Shown: in pieces, positions 17,724 to 26,906 of the stretch
Position numbering within the stretch: the first letter of the stretch is position 1
Layout: every line of letters begins with the position of its first letter
From: a virus
DNA: 64,000 bases
Direction: 5' to 3' (one strand)
IMG/VR virus record: IMGVR_UViG_3300037833_000033
Span: 1,541-65,540 of that record
Position numbers and translations under genes: made by a program
Notes under the pieces: generated by a model
The model's input: only the letters and a program-made list of their open reading frames with translations
The model's database searches: none
What the model was told of the DNA's origin: nothing

Positions 17724-17912
17724 ATGATCACCGAGTACCGCGGATACAGCCTGACTTCATTTCGCTCTTATGAAGGCTGGACTGTCTTGATCTCGCATAG
17801 GCTCAAGACCCACAGCGTTTTCGTGTCCGAAGTTGACCACGACAGCTCGCTCTTGCGGGCTCAGGAACTGGTTGACCGACGTCTTCTTTCCGATCCGCCA
17901 CCAGCAATCTGA
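17724..17912 (+). CDS. Small hypothetical protein, paralogue A
   Basis: EYRGY.LT.F.SY.GWTV shared with 18181..18393. Confidence 0.65.
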   Translation: MITEYRGYSLTSFRSYEGWTVLISHRLKTHSVFVSEVDHDSSLLRAQELVDRRLLSDPPPAI

Positions 17913-18040
17913 CCGAAACGGGGTCGCTCTATGCTCCTCACCGACCACCTTCGCGAGAAGGGTTATCTGAAGTGATCTCCCGCTCTCCCGTGCCGCGCGC
18001 CATCCTGCCTACCCATCGGGTGCTCTCGGCCTGCCTAGTG

Positions 18041-18184
18041 ATGGGGGAGCCCAGGCTTGAAGAGATCCTGTCGGAGCCCATTGTCCTCTTGAGGATGAAG
18101 GCGGCGGGGGTGACGGCGCAGGAGTTGCGCGAGCTCTGCGAGAGCGTTCGAGAGAGGCTTATTTCGAGAGCGCAGAGCCAATGA
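18041..18184 (+). CDS. Small hypothetical protein
   Basis: EPRLEEILSEPIVLLRMKAAGV; ATGA overlap with next gene. Confidence 0.5.
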   Translation: MGEPRLEEILSEPIVLLRMKAAGVTAQELRELCESVRERLISRAQSQ

Positions 18185-18393
18185 CCCCCGAGCCGCTTGT
18201 CACTGAAGCCTCCGAATACCGCGGGTACAGGCTGACGGCTTTCCAATCCTACGACGGCTGGACCGTCATGATCACGGGGGACATCAAGTCCAAGAGCACC
18301 TTCGTTTCCGACGATACGTACGAAGCAGTCGTGCAGCGCGCGAAGGATCTCATCGACCGCAGGCTCCCCTCTGAGCCTCCTCCGTCCCGCTGA
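18181..18393 (+). CDS. Small hypothetical protein, paralogue B
   Basis: About half of aligned residues identical to 17724..17912 by eye. Confidence 0.65.
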   Translation: MTPEPLVTEASEYRGYRLTAFQSYDGWTVMITGDIKSKSTFVSDDTYEAVVQRAKDLIDRRLPSEPPPSR

Positions 18394-18412
18394 AGCCAAT
18401 AAGGAACCTCGT

Positions 18413-18658
18413 GTGCCGGACTTCCGAAAGATCAGAGGCAACCTCAACATCGTCCTGAACCGCCTGGTGCGGGACGGCGTGATTGCCGACTTCAGGACCA
18501 ACTTCGGCGACGAAGACAAATCCGGCACGCCTCTCGTAACCGTGACCGCCCCGCCAGGGCAGGATCTGGCCGCCGTACAGTCGCTCGTGCTGAATGCCCT
18601 CACGGAAGTGGCGATCGGGATCGACGTCGCTGTCGAGCCCTTCTCGCCGAGCATCTGA
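18413..18658 (+). CDS. Small hypothetical protein
   Basis: AAGGA RBS; plausible alpha/beta sequence. Confidence 0.5.
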   Translation: MPDFRKIRGNLNIVLNRLVRDGVIADFRTNFGDEDKSGTPLVTVTAPPGQDLAAVQSLVLNALTEVAIGIDVAVEPFSPSI

Positions 18659-19322
18659 AGGCGGAGGAGCGACATACACATGAGCGACGCGCTGGCAGGC
18701 AAGATTGGCAGGTCCCGTGCCGACAGCATGGGCTGGGAGTACATCCTCGCTATCGGGCCGATTGGCGGCTCGCATTATCTGATCTCCGAGATCAAGGATG
18801 ACGGCACCTCTGGAAGCTTCGGCTCCAAGGTCGTTTCCCTCCAACGCCTGGAGCCCTACGACTTCTACGACAACATCGAGATCGCGAAGGGTAAGCGTCC
18901 ACCAGCCAGGTGAGACCAACCACTCCGACCACCTGAAAGCCAAGGGCTATCTGCCCCGATGACCATCCTCCGCCGCCTTCTCTCCGCCCTTGCCCAGATG
19001 TGGCCGGTGGGCCGTCCGCGCCGCTATCCGCATACCTCCGCAGTCGAGGCGGCTCTGAAGGACTGGATCCCAGCCTCTGGCGGGATGCGAGAGGCCGCCA
19101 ACGAGAACCATCGTTCCAAGGCTGCCGCCCCGTGACCTACCGCCAATCCCTCCTCATGCTCCTCTTCGTCTTCGCGGTCGTCGGCTGCGTCTATGGCGCG
19201 GCGTTGGAGGTGGTAGGGTAGAGCACGTGAGGGCGAAGAGACTCCTGAAGCCATTTTCTCTGCAGCGGCACCTCTCATCAGTTAGGTAGCCCAATCAGGG
19301 GCTTCAGCATCAGCGCCTGGAA

Positions 19323-21803
19323 TTAAGCGGCCTCGAGAAGCACTGCCTCGTACTCGCGATCAACGATCCATTCTTCACTGCGTACTACGGCCTGCCCGAC
19401 AACTCCGTACCTCTCTGCGATCGCGTCTCGCAATTCAATCACAATAGGGGACCGTTCCGGGGCAAGGCGCTGATATAGTTTATGTGTGTCAGGTGATTTG
19501 CTCGCCGCAGCAGCATGAAAGAGCAGGACATTCGACACGCCGAACTCTAAGATATCTTGGGCGCCTTCCCCTAATATCTGCACGGCCTCATCGAAACGCC
19601 TCGCTCGCAATTTTTCGCTGGCAAGAGCGTTCCGCATGATCCTTCTGGTCTTCTCAAAGGGCGAGCGCGCAATCCCAGCAGTAAAATGCCCAACAGCCCG
19701 ATCCACTTGTCCAGACTTAAGCCATATCATTCCTCGAATATGGAATGCGATCCAGTCATCCTCCGTCCGGGGCGCCACATGTACTAACAACTGTTCGGCC
19801 TCTCCAAAGCGCCCCAAAACTGTGAGCAGCGCTGCTTTTGCATTTCTTGCTGCTGCATAATCAGACCACTGCTGCAAGACTGCACTGTAAGCATCAAGCG
19901 CGTCGCTATAATTGCCTAGGCGCTTCAGGATATTCGCTCGACCGAGTTTGCTTATCAGATCAAATGGGAAGCGTTGCGTATTTGTGTCATAAAGCGACAA
20001 AGCTTTAGGAAAATCACCGCATTCCTTGACTACATTTGCAAACCCGTTGGCAACAAGAGGTTCATCAGGGAACATCGCACATGCGTGTGCGTATGCGTCC
20101 ATTGCCCCCTGTAGGTCACCGAGATCTCGAAGTGACTCAGCTAAGCCACTGTAAGCGACCGATATATGAGGAAAATCTTTCTTGATAGCCGCATACTCGT
20201 CGCGAGCTAGTGTGTACTGACCCATCAGGCGGCGAACTTCGGCGCCGCCGCATCTAGCAACACTGTCAGACGGGAACAATTCGACAATTCTTTGATACTC
20301 GGAAAGCGCTTCTTCCAAATTTCCCATTTTCCGAAGGACTGTAGCCCTACCGTTGAGCGCGACAACTTGATTACCAAACCGGTCAAGAACATGATCGTAA
20401 GCTGCGATCGCGGCGTCCATCTGGCCCAAATCCAGCAATACCGCTGCTCGGCCACAAGCCACACTCGGCTCATCAGGAAATTTCTTTGCTGCTTGCTCAT
20501 AAACAGCAAGAGCCTCCCTGAATCTCCACATATCTCGGAGAGTCTCTGCTGCTCCACGCCAAGCGAACACGACTTCCGCATGGCTTGAATGCTCATCAAT
20601 TACACTCTGGAATGCTGAAAGCGCTTCAGATAGACGATTTTGTATGCGCAATATGCGCGCCCGCCCGTTCTTAGCAAAAACTACATCTCCGAGGGTCTCT
20701 GCAGTTTCCAGCTCCCTCGTGGCTTCATCGAGCCTAAAACATTGGATTAGTGCATCAGCAGCATGTCCGTGCGCCCATGCATCCTCCGGGTAAATATCGG
20801 CTGCACGCTGCGCCCATTCCAACTGTACTGAGTGCAGGCCAATTCGCTTTGCTTCCTGTGCCATGCGGCAGAGAGATTTGGCGGCGAACTCCGGCCCACT
20901 CTGCGAAAGCTGCGATACAACCAGTTCATCAGCAAACCGTTTCGCAAGCGTAATGTTGCCGTCGCGTAGGCGCTGCTTGATGACTTCCTGCTGCTGAATG
21001 GCACTCTCGAATGCTTGTCTGCTACCAATCTGCGGCTTCTCGCGCTTGTGGTTAAAGGCTCTTGAGTCGTATGTCTCTTGTTCGTATGCAACGTCGAAAG
21101 TTGCTCTAGATTTGGCTTGTAAAAATTTCTGAGTCCAAGCCGATATTATCGGCCTATGGTTTGGAAGGTCCCGCAAACGCTTGTAACATTCGAATACAGC
21201 GAGGTTTGTCTGTTGTGTTCCTTCGCCCGCCTCGACCAAAACCATAAAAGCGCCCCTATTGATACAGTGCTCTAGGAACGCTTGTCGTTGCTCCTGTGTG
21301 TCGAATAGTTCGTCCGGTATGAGGCCCCACGCGTCATGATACCTTGCAATTGTCGCCTGGCTCTTGAGGAGGCTCTCAAAAATTCCCCGCAAGTGTTCAT
21401 ATTCAACAAAGTAGTTAGATGATCTTATAATTAGGTCCGGGTTTGGCAACGGCGCCCAAGCAAACTGACTTTTGACGCTCTTTCGAACTTCGCTATCCTC
21501 CAAGAGTGGCTCTAAGTACAGAGCCGCCTCTTGTCTTGTTTCCGGATATTCCTCAGTGTCGAGCACAATCAGTGCCAATCGGGTGGCTCTATCCGTTGAC
21601 CATGCCTGATTAAGAGCCTTCTCGACCGCCTGCCGGCTTGTTGATTTGACGGCTAGCAAATCGCTGCAGCCAACGAAAATTCGATGCAAGGCAGCAAAGG
21701 AGGACGGCTCCCACGCCTGGCGAGAGCTGGACCGCATAAGCGAGACGCTATTGCCTTCAATAATAGCCGCCACGCCTGCCTGCCCAGAGACAAGCGCATC
21801 CAT
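19323..21803 (-). CDS. Large TPR-repeat protein (826 aa), candidate defence component
   Basis: About 12 repeats of 34 aa (A..G.A..L...G....A...Y......P); low GC. Confidence 0.85.
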   Translation of the reverse strand: MDALVSGQAGVAAIIEGNSVSLMRSSSRQAWEPSSFAALHRIFVGCSDLLAVKSTSRQAVEKALNQAWSTDRATRLALIVLDTEEYPETRQEAALYLEPLLEDSEVRKSVKSQFAWAPLPNPDLIIRSSNYFVEYEHLRGIFESLLKSQATIARYHDAWGLIPDELFDTQEQRQAFLEHCINRGAFMVLVEAGEGTQQTNLAVFECYKRLRDLPNHRPIISAWTQKFLQAKSRATFDVAYEQETYDSRAFNHKREKPQIGSRQAFESAIQQQEVIKQRLRDGNITLAKRFADELVVSQLSQSGPEFAAKSLCRMAQEAKRIGLHSVQLEWAQRAADIYPEDAWAHGHAADALIQCFRLDEATRELETAETLGDVVFAKNGRARILRIQNRLSEALSAFQSVIDEHSSHAEVVFAWRGAAETLRDMWRFREALAVYEQAAKKFPDEPSVACGRAAVLLDLGQMDAAIAAYDHVLDRFGNQVVALNGRATVLRKMGNLEEALSEYQRIVELFPSDSVARCGGAEVRRLMGQYTLARDEYAAIKKDFPHISVAYSGLAESLRDLGDLQGAMDAYAHACAMFPDEPLVANGFANVVKECGDFPKALSLYDTNTQRFPFDLISKLGRANILKRLGNYSDALDAYSAVLQQWSDYAAARNAKAALLTVLGRFGEAEQLLVHVAPRTEDDWIAFHIRGMIWLKSGQVDRAVGHFTAGIARSPFEKTRRIMRNALASEKLRARRFDEAVQILGEGAQDILEFGVSNVLLFHAAAASKSPDTHKLYQRLAPERSPIVIELRDAIAERYGVVGQAVVRSEEWIVDREYEAVLLEAA

Positions 21804-22657
21804 TAAACATACTCCTCCACGGCGGCACCAAGCCTACGCAACTCCTTCACCACGCTCCGCCATATGGGCAAATCTGGGCCACCTTTGGGCCTGCGTCCAA
21901 TCACCTTTTCGATCGCCTGCCTGTGGATCGGTCCATAGATGTGAGCTTCGATAAACTCTCCATCACCCGTGTGCGTCCCTTGCGTCACAAGAATATCTGC
22001 ATATTCATCAGGTTTCGTGCCGCTAGAAATATGCGAATGTAGTTTCGCCATCGCAAGTAAATTGCGCTCTTTCCATACCGCTCTGTAGCCGAGCGGAGCT
22101 TCTTGACCAGCGGTTATTCTTTGCTTCTGGCAGAAATTGAACGGGTTCTCTTCAAAAACGGAGGTTCTATGTGCGATCAAATTTTCACGGAGAGTTATAT
22201 GGTAATCCCCATATGCCCTAACACCTACGCCGTTGAGACTTAATCCTGCAAAACTAATGTCTTTATAGAAAAATGGATTCACGGTGCTCTCTGCTGCATC
22301 TCTGCCGCGATCCCATTTATTGTCTTCTGGCAATCGAGATCCAGATCTTACTTGGCTGTGATAAGTAACATATAATACGTTGTCGCTTTTCACTAGCGAC
22401 TGGAGAACGCCAATATCTCGCGCCACAACACACTTCGATCCTGCCACGGCTAGTCCAAAATCGCTGAGCACTGAGAGTGCATTTTTGGCGCCAGCCGAGG
22501 TGATAGCGTTCTGGACCCGCGCGTTGAGCGCGGTCCGCTCCTCGGTACGATCTGCAAATCGCACGTTTGGGAACCCAACATCGGAGCCGCAAGCAGCGCA
22601 ATGCCGCTCCGAGGGCCGGACCGCAGTATTACAGTTTGAGCAGTGCGTTAGCGGCAT
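21803..22657 (-). CDS. Zinc-ribbon (CxxC...CxxC) + DUF3626-like putative enzymatic domain
   Basis: CSNC/CAAC N-terminus; YGDYHITL...RTSV...FIEAHIYG; TAATG coupling to TPR gene; low GC. Confidence 0.7.
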   Translation of the reverse strand: MPLTHCSNCNTAVRPSERHCAACGSDVGFPNVRFADRTEERTALNARVQNAITSAGAKNALSVLSDFGLAVAGSKCVVARDIGVLQSLVKSDNVLYVTYHSQVRSGSRLPEDNKWDRGRDAAESTVNPFFYKDISFAGLSLNGVGVRAYGDYHITLRENLIAHRTSVFEENPFNFCQKQRITAGQEAPLGYRAVWKERNLLAMAKLHSHISSGTKPDEYADILVTQGTHTGDGEFIEAHIYGPIHRQAIEKVIGRRPKGGPDLPIWRSVVKELRRLGAAVEEYV

Positions 22658-22801
22658 TCTTGGAGCTATCGGGACGATCCAGCAACACACGAGTTAGCAG
22701 TTGCAAATGGATTCGTCACCTTCGCTTTGGTTGCGCCTCCCATCCTTTGACCGCCACGCTCCCTCACGCTATGGCGCCCGTCCCCATAGACGGAGGGATC
22801 G

Positions 22802-22999
22802 TTGAAGAGGCTGTTTCTCAAGAGTGAAGGCAGGCTGAGCATCCTCGGCTGGATCGTCTTGCTGCTGTTGACCATCATCCCGCCCACTATGCTGTCCGAC
22901 ACTATTGACGTCCCGGAGTGGGTCGACTTCGCGATCTTCATCGTGTGGTTCATCATCGTGTCGTACGTGGCGCGGCGAGCTTGGGGAGTGCGGGTTTGA
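22802..22999 (+). CDS. 65-aa two-TM membrane protein
   Basis: GGAGG RBS; two hydrophobic helices. Confidence 0.55.
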   Translation: MKRLFLKSEGRLSILGWIVLLLLTIIPPTMLSDTIDVPEWVDFAIFIVWFIIVSYVARRAWGVRV

Positions 23000-23020
23000 G
23001 GGGGGCCGGGCTCTCACCCC

Positions 23021-23365
23021 ACCCCGATCATCTCGGCCCAGCCCAAGTGGCCCGGCTCCCCGCTCGCTGCTAGGCTCCCCGCGTGGAGGGTGTGGCGATG
23101 AGAAAGCTAGCGAAGAGCGTCGGCGCAGTCGTCATCGCCCTCATGGCGACCGCGGTCGGTCTCTTCGTTCTCCTCGTCGTCTATCTGGCGCTCTGGCAGC
23201 AGAAGCCAGCCATGCCCTTGCGCGGACCAACGCCGACATGGGGCGGAGATTGGCCGGGCTGGAACGAGAGAACCTCGCGCCTTTGACTTGACCGACCTGA
23301 AACTTGGTCTGGTGCATGGGATCAGTCCGCCCCCTACACACTTACTCTACCCCGATCATCTCGGC
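23021..23365 (+). repeat. 17-bp direct repeat ACCCCGATCATCTCGGC (23021-23037, 23349-23365)
   Basis: Exact copies flanking ORF 23098..23286. Confidence 0.85.
23098..23286 (+). CDS. 62-aa single-pass membrane protein
   Basis: GGAGG RBS; MRKLAKSVGAVVIALMATAVGLFVLLVVYLALW. Confidence 0.5.
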   Translation: MRKLAKSVGAVVIALMATAVGLFVLLVVYLALWQQKPAMPLRGPTPTWGGDWPGWNERTSRL

Positions 23366-23403
23366 TTGGGTTGAAGAGCGCCTCAAAGGCGCCCTCCCCC
23401 GCC

Positions 23404-25149
23404 TTACAGGATGAAGTCACCTTTCCCGAGATCGACGAGCCCTTCGAGCTTGATCGTGAACTCGGCCTGCCTGTCGCCGTCGAGGTCCACTTGCACGAAG
23501 GTGTCGCCCTTCTTCTGCTCGAAGCGCAGCTCGTCGCCCGAGCCCTTGAAGCTCTTCTCGCCCCGCCACTTCAAGCTTCCCAGCCCGCTCAGGTCGATCT
23601 GATCTCCCTCAGCTTGAGAGAAGTCCAGGATCCGGTCGAACCCATTGGACGGGCTGTCCTTCGCGTTGGAGAACACGAACCGGTCCGCGCCTTCGCCCCC
23701 GAGCAGCACGTCGGCCCCGAGGCCGCCCTTCAGGATGTTGTCGCCCGATCCCCCCGAGAGTTGATCTTTGCCGCGACCGCCTATGTCGGGCAGATCGCCG
23801 ATCGCGAGGGTAAACGCCTGCGAGGTGGCGGAGAGTCCGTCCTCATCGCTCGCCTTCACCTGCACGGCATAGGAGTTCTTCGTCTCGAAGTCGGCTCCAC
23901 CCCTGAACCACAGCTCGGTGCCACGGATCTCGAACGAGCCCGCGTCCGATCCCACGAGGGAGAGGGTCTCGGTGCCGAGATCGTCGTCCGCGACAGTTAC
24001 GTCCGCAACCTTCACGGCAGCCCCACCCTCGATCGCGGTGGTCACCTGGATACCCAGGGTCACGGCTGTGGGAGCATCGTTGACCCGCGTGTCGATGGTG
24101 TAGTTCGGCGAAGCGGTGGTGCGCCTTCCAGCATTTCCGAAGCCGTCGCTGACGCCACTCAGCGCGAGGGTGATCGCATTCGTGGCATCTGTGAAGTCGA
24201 CCGCAGGCGTGAAGGTCCCCGTCCAGGTGACCCCGCCGTCATTGGAGGCCACACTCGAGAGCGTGCCGCCTTCAACAGTCAGGTCGGCATTGTTGAACCC
24301 CGTCACGGCTTCCGAGAAAGTGAACGTGACGAGCGAAGTTTCGCCTGCCGTGAGCGACGTGTCGGAGAGTTCGATAGCCACTGTCGGCGCCGTGCTGTCG
24401 ACTGTCCAAGTGTAGGTGGCCGGTGTCGTATCGACATTGCCGGCCCTGTCTTTGGCTCGGACTACCAGCGTATGTTCCCCATCTGGCACGCCCGTAAGCG
24501 GCAGAGAGGAACCCGTAGTCACAAACTTGCTGCCATCGAGAGACACTTCGAAGGCAATGCCGTCTCCAGTTCCGAACTCGAACGTGGCGTCGGTGCTGTT
24601 CGTCAGGGCGGCTGGTCCGCTGATGATGGTGGTATCAGGTGCCGATGTGTCGATGACGAGGTCCTTGTTGGCGCCGAGCGAGCCCGCTGTCCCGGGTGCA
24701 GGCAGCGTCAGGTCTGCATCGTTGCCTGAGCCGTCCTGGATCGAGCCGCCGTTGAGCGACAATGCGTCAGTGCCGACGTAGTCGAGATCGGCGGAGGTAT
24801 CGCCCTCCTGAACCGTGTAGATAAAGGTCAGGGTGCTGCCCGATGCGCTTGAGAGATTCAGCACGCGGTCGACGGTACCGGTCTCCAAGGTCAGCTGAGG
24901 CGCGCCTGCGACGGTAACATCGCCGTTGAAGTTGACCTGAACGGAAATGACATCTCCTGCTTTCAGAGAGGCGTCAGGGCGGCTCGAGCTAACGCTCGTC
25001 ACAGCCAGCGGAGGCAGGGCGAGAGCAAGCATCGACCCTGTTCCTTCTTGGTAAGACGCAGGCGATCCTGCTCCTGCTGTCGGTATTGCTAGGCTTTCCC
25101 CGCTGCCTCCATGCCCAATATCGTCAGTAAAGTGGAACGTCCCAGCCAT
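23404..25149 (-). CDS. Ig-like/cadherin-like repeat protein with RTX Ca-binding nonapeptides and serralysin-like C-terminus (adhesin-like moron)
   Basis: DT.AP.V Ig repeats, NDAPT cadherin-like, GGSGDNILKGGLGADVLLGGEGADRF, D.I.DF...EGD.IDLS. Confidence 0.85.
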   Translation of the reverse strand: MAGTFHFTDDIGHGGSGESLAIPTAGAGSPASYQEGTGSMLALALPPLAVTSVSSSRPDASLKAGDVISVQVNFNGDVTVAGAPQLTLETGTVDRVLNLSSASGSTLTFIYTVQEGDTSADLDYVGTDALSLNGGSIQDGSGNDADLTLPAPGTAGSLGANKDLVIDTSAPDTTIISGPAALTNSTDATFEFGTGDGIAFEVSLDGSKFVTTGSSLPLTGVPDGEHTLVVRAKDRAGNVDTTPATYTWTVDSTAPTVAIELSDTSLTAGETSLVTFTFSEAVTGFNNADLTVEGGTLSSVASNDGGVTWTGTFTPAVDFTDATNAITLALSGVSDGFGNAGRRTTASPNYTIDTRVNDAPTAVTLGIQVTTAIEGGAAVKVADVTVADDDLGTETLSLVGSDAGSFEIRGTELWFRGGADFETKNSYAVQVKASDEDGLSATSQAFTLAIGDLPDIGGRGKDQLSGGSGDNILKGGLGADVLLGGEGADRFVFSNAKDSPSNGFDRILDFSQAEGDQIDLSGLGSLKWRGEKSFKGSGDELRFEQKKGDTFVQVDLDGDRQAEFTIKLEGLVDLGKGDFIL

Positions 25150-25293
25150 TGTGCCCCCAAACCTTTGCCCATTCGTGGGCTTGAGCGGCAGCCCTACAAA
25201 ATCGCTATGTTGCACACAACTTGCCTAGCATCGGGCCTATTGCCGCGCCTCCGCTCCTACACCCGGACGTCCGGGAGGTTGAGGGGCCCGCCC

Positions 25294-25500
25294 TCACCTC
25301 TTTGGCTTCTGGGCTGACGGCTCGACTACGGAAGCGGGCGCCTCGGCCGGCGCGGGAGAGGGCTTCTCTCGCGCATGTCCCTTCTCGATGAGGAGATCGG
25401 CGTAGGCGACCGCGATCTCGACCTCCTCGCCCTTGGCGAACGAGCGCCGCTTGCCGTTCGGATAGCCCGTGAAAGCTTCGCTGATCACGACGGTCTTCAT
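25294..25500 (-). CDS. Small phage structural-operon protein
   Basis: AAGGAG RBS, directly after tail tube gene. Confidence 0.6.
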   Translation of the reverse strand: MKTVVISEAFTGYPNGKRRSFAKGEEVEIAVAYADLLIEKGHAREKPSPAPAEAPASVVEPSAQKPKR

Positions 25501-25539
25501 GATGGTGCTCCTTGCTCCGGTGGGGCCTCGGCGCGCCGA

Positions 25540-26469
25540 TCAGGCGACCGCGCGCGTGATCTTCAGGGTGCAGGCCTCCGTGGCGTCGTAGACGCCCTGG
25601 AACGGGATCATGACCATGATGTCATCGTCGTTCCCGCCGGCCGTGACGTCGCCGTCGCCGAGAACCGCCTTCGGGATCAGGAAGGTGTACTTCTCGCCCG
25701 TGTCGACGCCGACCGTGAAGGAGATCGCGGCGCTGCCGTGATCGAGCACCGCCTGGTACAGGTCGTTGCTCTCAAAATAGCACTCCAGCGTGCCGGAGAG
25801 CTCGAACCGGCCCTCCCCGAACTCGGCCGAGAACTTCGAGCCGACCTCGGGACGCTCCCGCAGGTTGTTCGTCGTGTCAAACCGGATCCGGCGGACCCGA
25901 GGCGCCGGCGTGATGGACCCGACCGTCATGCTCGCCACGTTCGCCGAGGCAGTCGAGACGGGGTTGTCGTTCATGGCCGGGTAGGTTGCCCCGGTGATCG
26001 CCGCCGTGGCGAGCGTCTCCTTCTGGCCCAGGAGACTGATCGACCCCGTGACGCGCTCCTGGGCGCCGATGTCGAGCGAGAAGCCGTTGACCATGCAGCC
26101 GGTGAAGCGGCGGAACGAATCCGTGGCGCCGAGCTCGATGGTCTCCTCGACCGTGAATGACTTGCGCGTGACGCCGTTCTTCAGGACGTTGGTCGACCAG
26201 GAGCCGAACAGAGCGCCTTCCAGGAGATCGTCCCAGGTCGCGTAGGTCAGCTCGAACGAGTAGGACCCGCTGGCGCCCAGGCCGAGGAGGAACTGATCCC
26301 GGACGTTGCGGTCGGGCTGCCGTTCGGCGGACGTGCCGGTGCGCTTGTTAGTGCGCATGCCGCCGTCGGTCGTGCGCAGCGACTTGAGGGTCGGCGTGGC
26401 AGGGGTGGTGCCGTAGGTTGCTTCCGCGATGTATGCGACGCGGATCCCTGCGCCTGAAGCGAAGGCCAT
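25540..26469 (-). CDS. Major tail tube protein
   Basis: MAFASGAGIRVAYIAEATYGTTP...FRRFTGCMVNGFSL; AGGAG RBS. Confidence 0.85.
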   Translation of the reverse strand: MAFASGAGIRVAYIAEATYGTTPATPTLKSLRTTDGGMRTNKRTGTSAERQPDRNVRDQFLLGLGASGSYSFELTYATWDDLLEGALFGSWSTNVLKNGVTRKSFTVEETIELGATDSFRRFTGCMVNGFSLDIGAQERVTGSISLLGQKETLATAAITGATYPAMNDNPVSTASANVASMTVGSITPAPRVRRIRFDTTNNLRERPEVGSKFSAEFGEGRFELSGTLECYFESNDLYQAVLDHGSAAISFTVGVDTGEKYTFLIPKAVLGDGDVTAGGNDDDIMVMIPFQGVYDATEACTLKITRAVA

Positions 26470-26504
26470 GGTGTGCTCCTGTGAGGTTAGAGAGGCGAGC
26501 GGAT

Positions 26505-26906
26505 CTAAAACAGCTCGTCGCGGTGGAAGGGGACGATGATCGTCATGACGAGCCAGGGAGATTCCTGGCCAGTGTTCGAGACGTAGGGGGTGTCGCAGGT
26601 GATGTTCGCGAACTGCGCGCCCTGGAACACGGCGAGGGCGTGATCCGCGAGGACGCGGGCGGCCTGGGTCCCCTGTCCTCCCGGGGTGTAGATCTCCACG
26701 AAGATCACGCCGACGTGCCGGTGCAGGTTCGAGCCGGGGGAGCCGGTCGACACGCGCCGGGCCTCGCCGTTCCGGATCGTCAGGCGGCACCAGGCGGCGT
26801 TCTTCGGCGGGTCGAAGGAATGGCCCTCATAGGCTGTGCGGGTCCTGTTGTTCCAGGACGTCTCCCACCGCCCCTCGATCGCCTCCCGCTCGCTCGCGTA
26901 GCCCAT
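26505..26906 (-). CDS. Tail terminator/completion protein
   Basis: Position; GVIFVEIYTPGGQG motif. Confidence 0.75.
   Translation of the reverse strand: MGYASEREAIEGRWETSWNNRTRTAYEGHSFDPPKNAAWCRLTIRNGEARRVSTGSPGSNLHRHVGVIFVEIYTPGGQGTQAARVLADHALAVFQGAQFANITCDTPYVSNTGQESPWLVMTIIVPFHRDELF

Noticed and set aside
22708-22725. Partial (12/18) matches to predicted guide targets, e.g. upstream of the Zn-ribbon defence gene, and at 39315 and 57101
   Set aside because: This level of identity is expected by chance in 128 kb of both strands.
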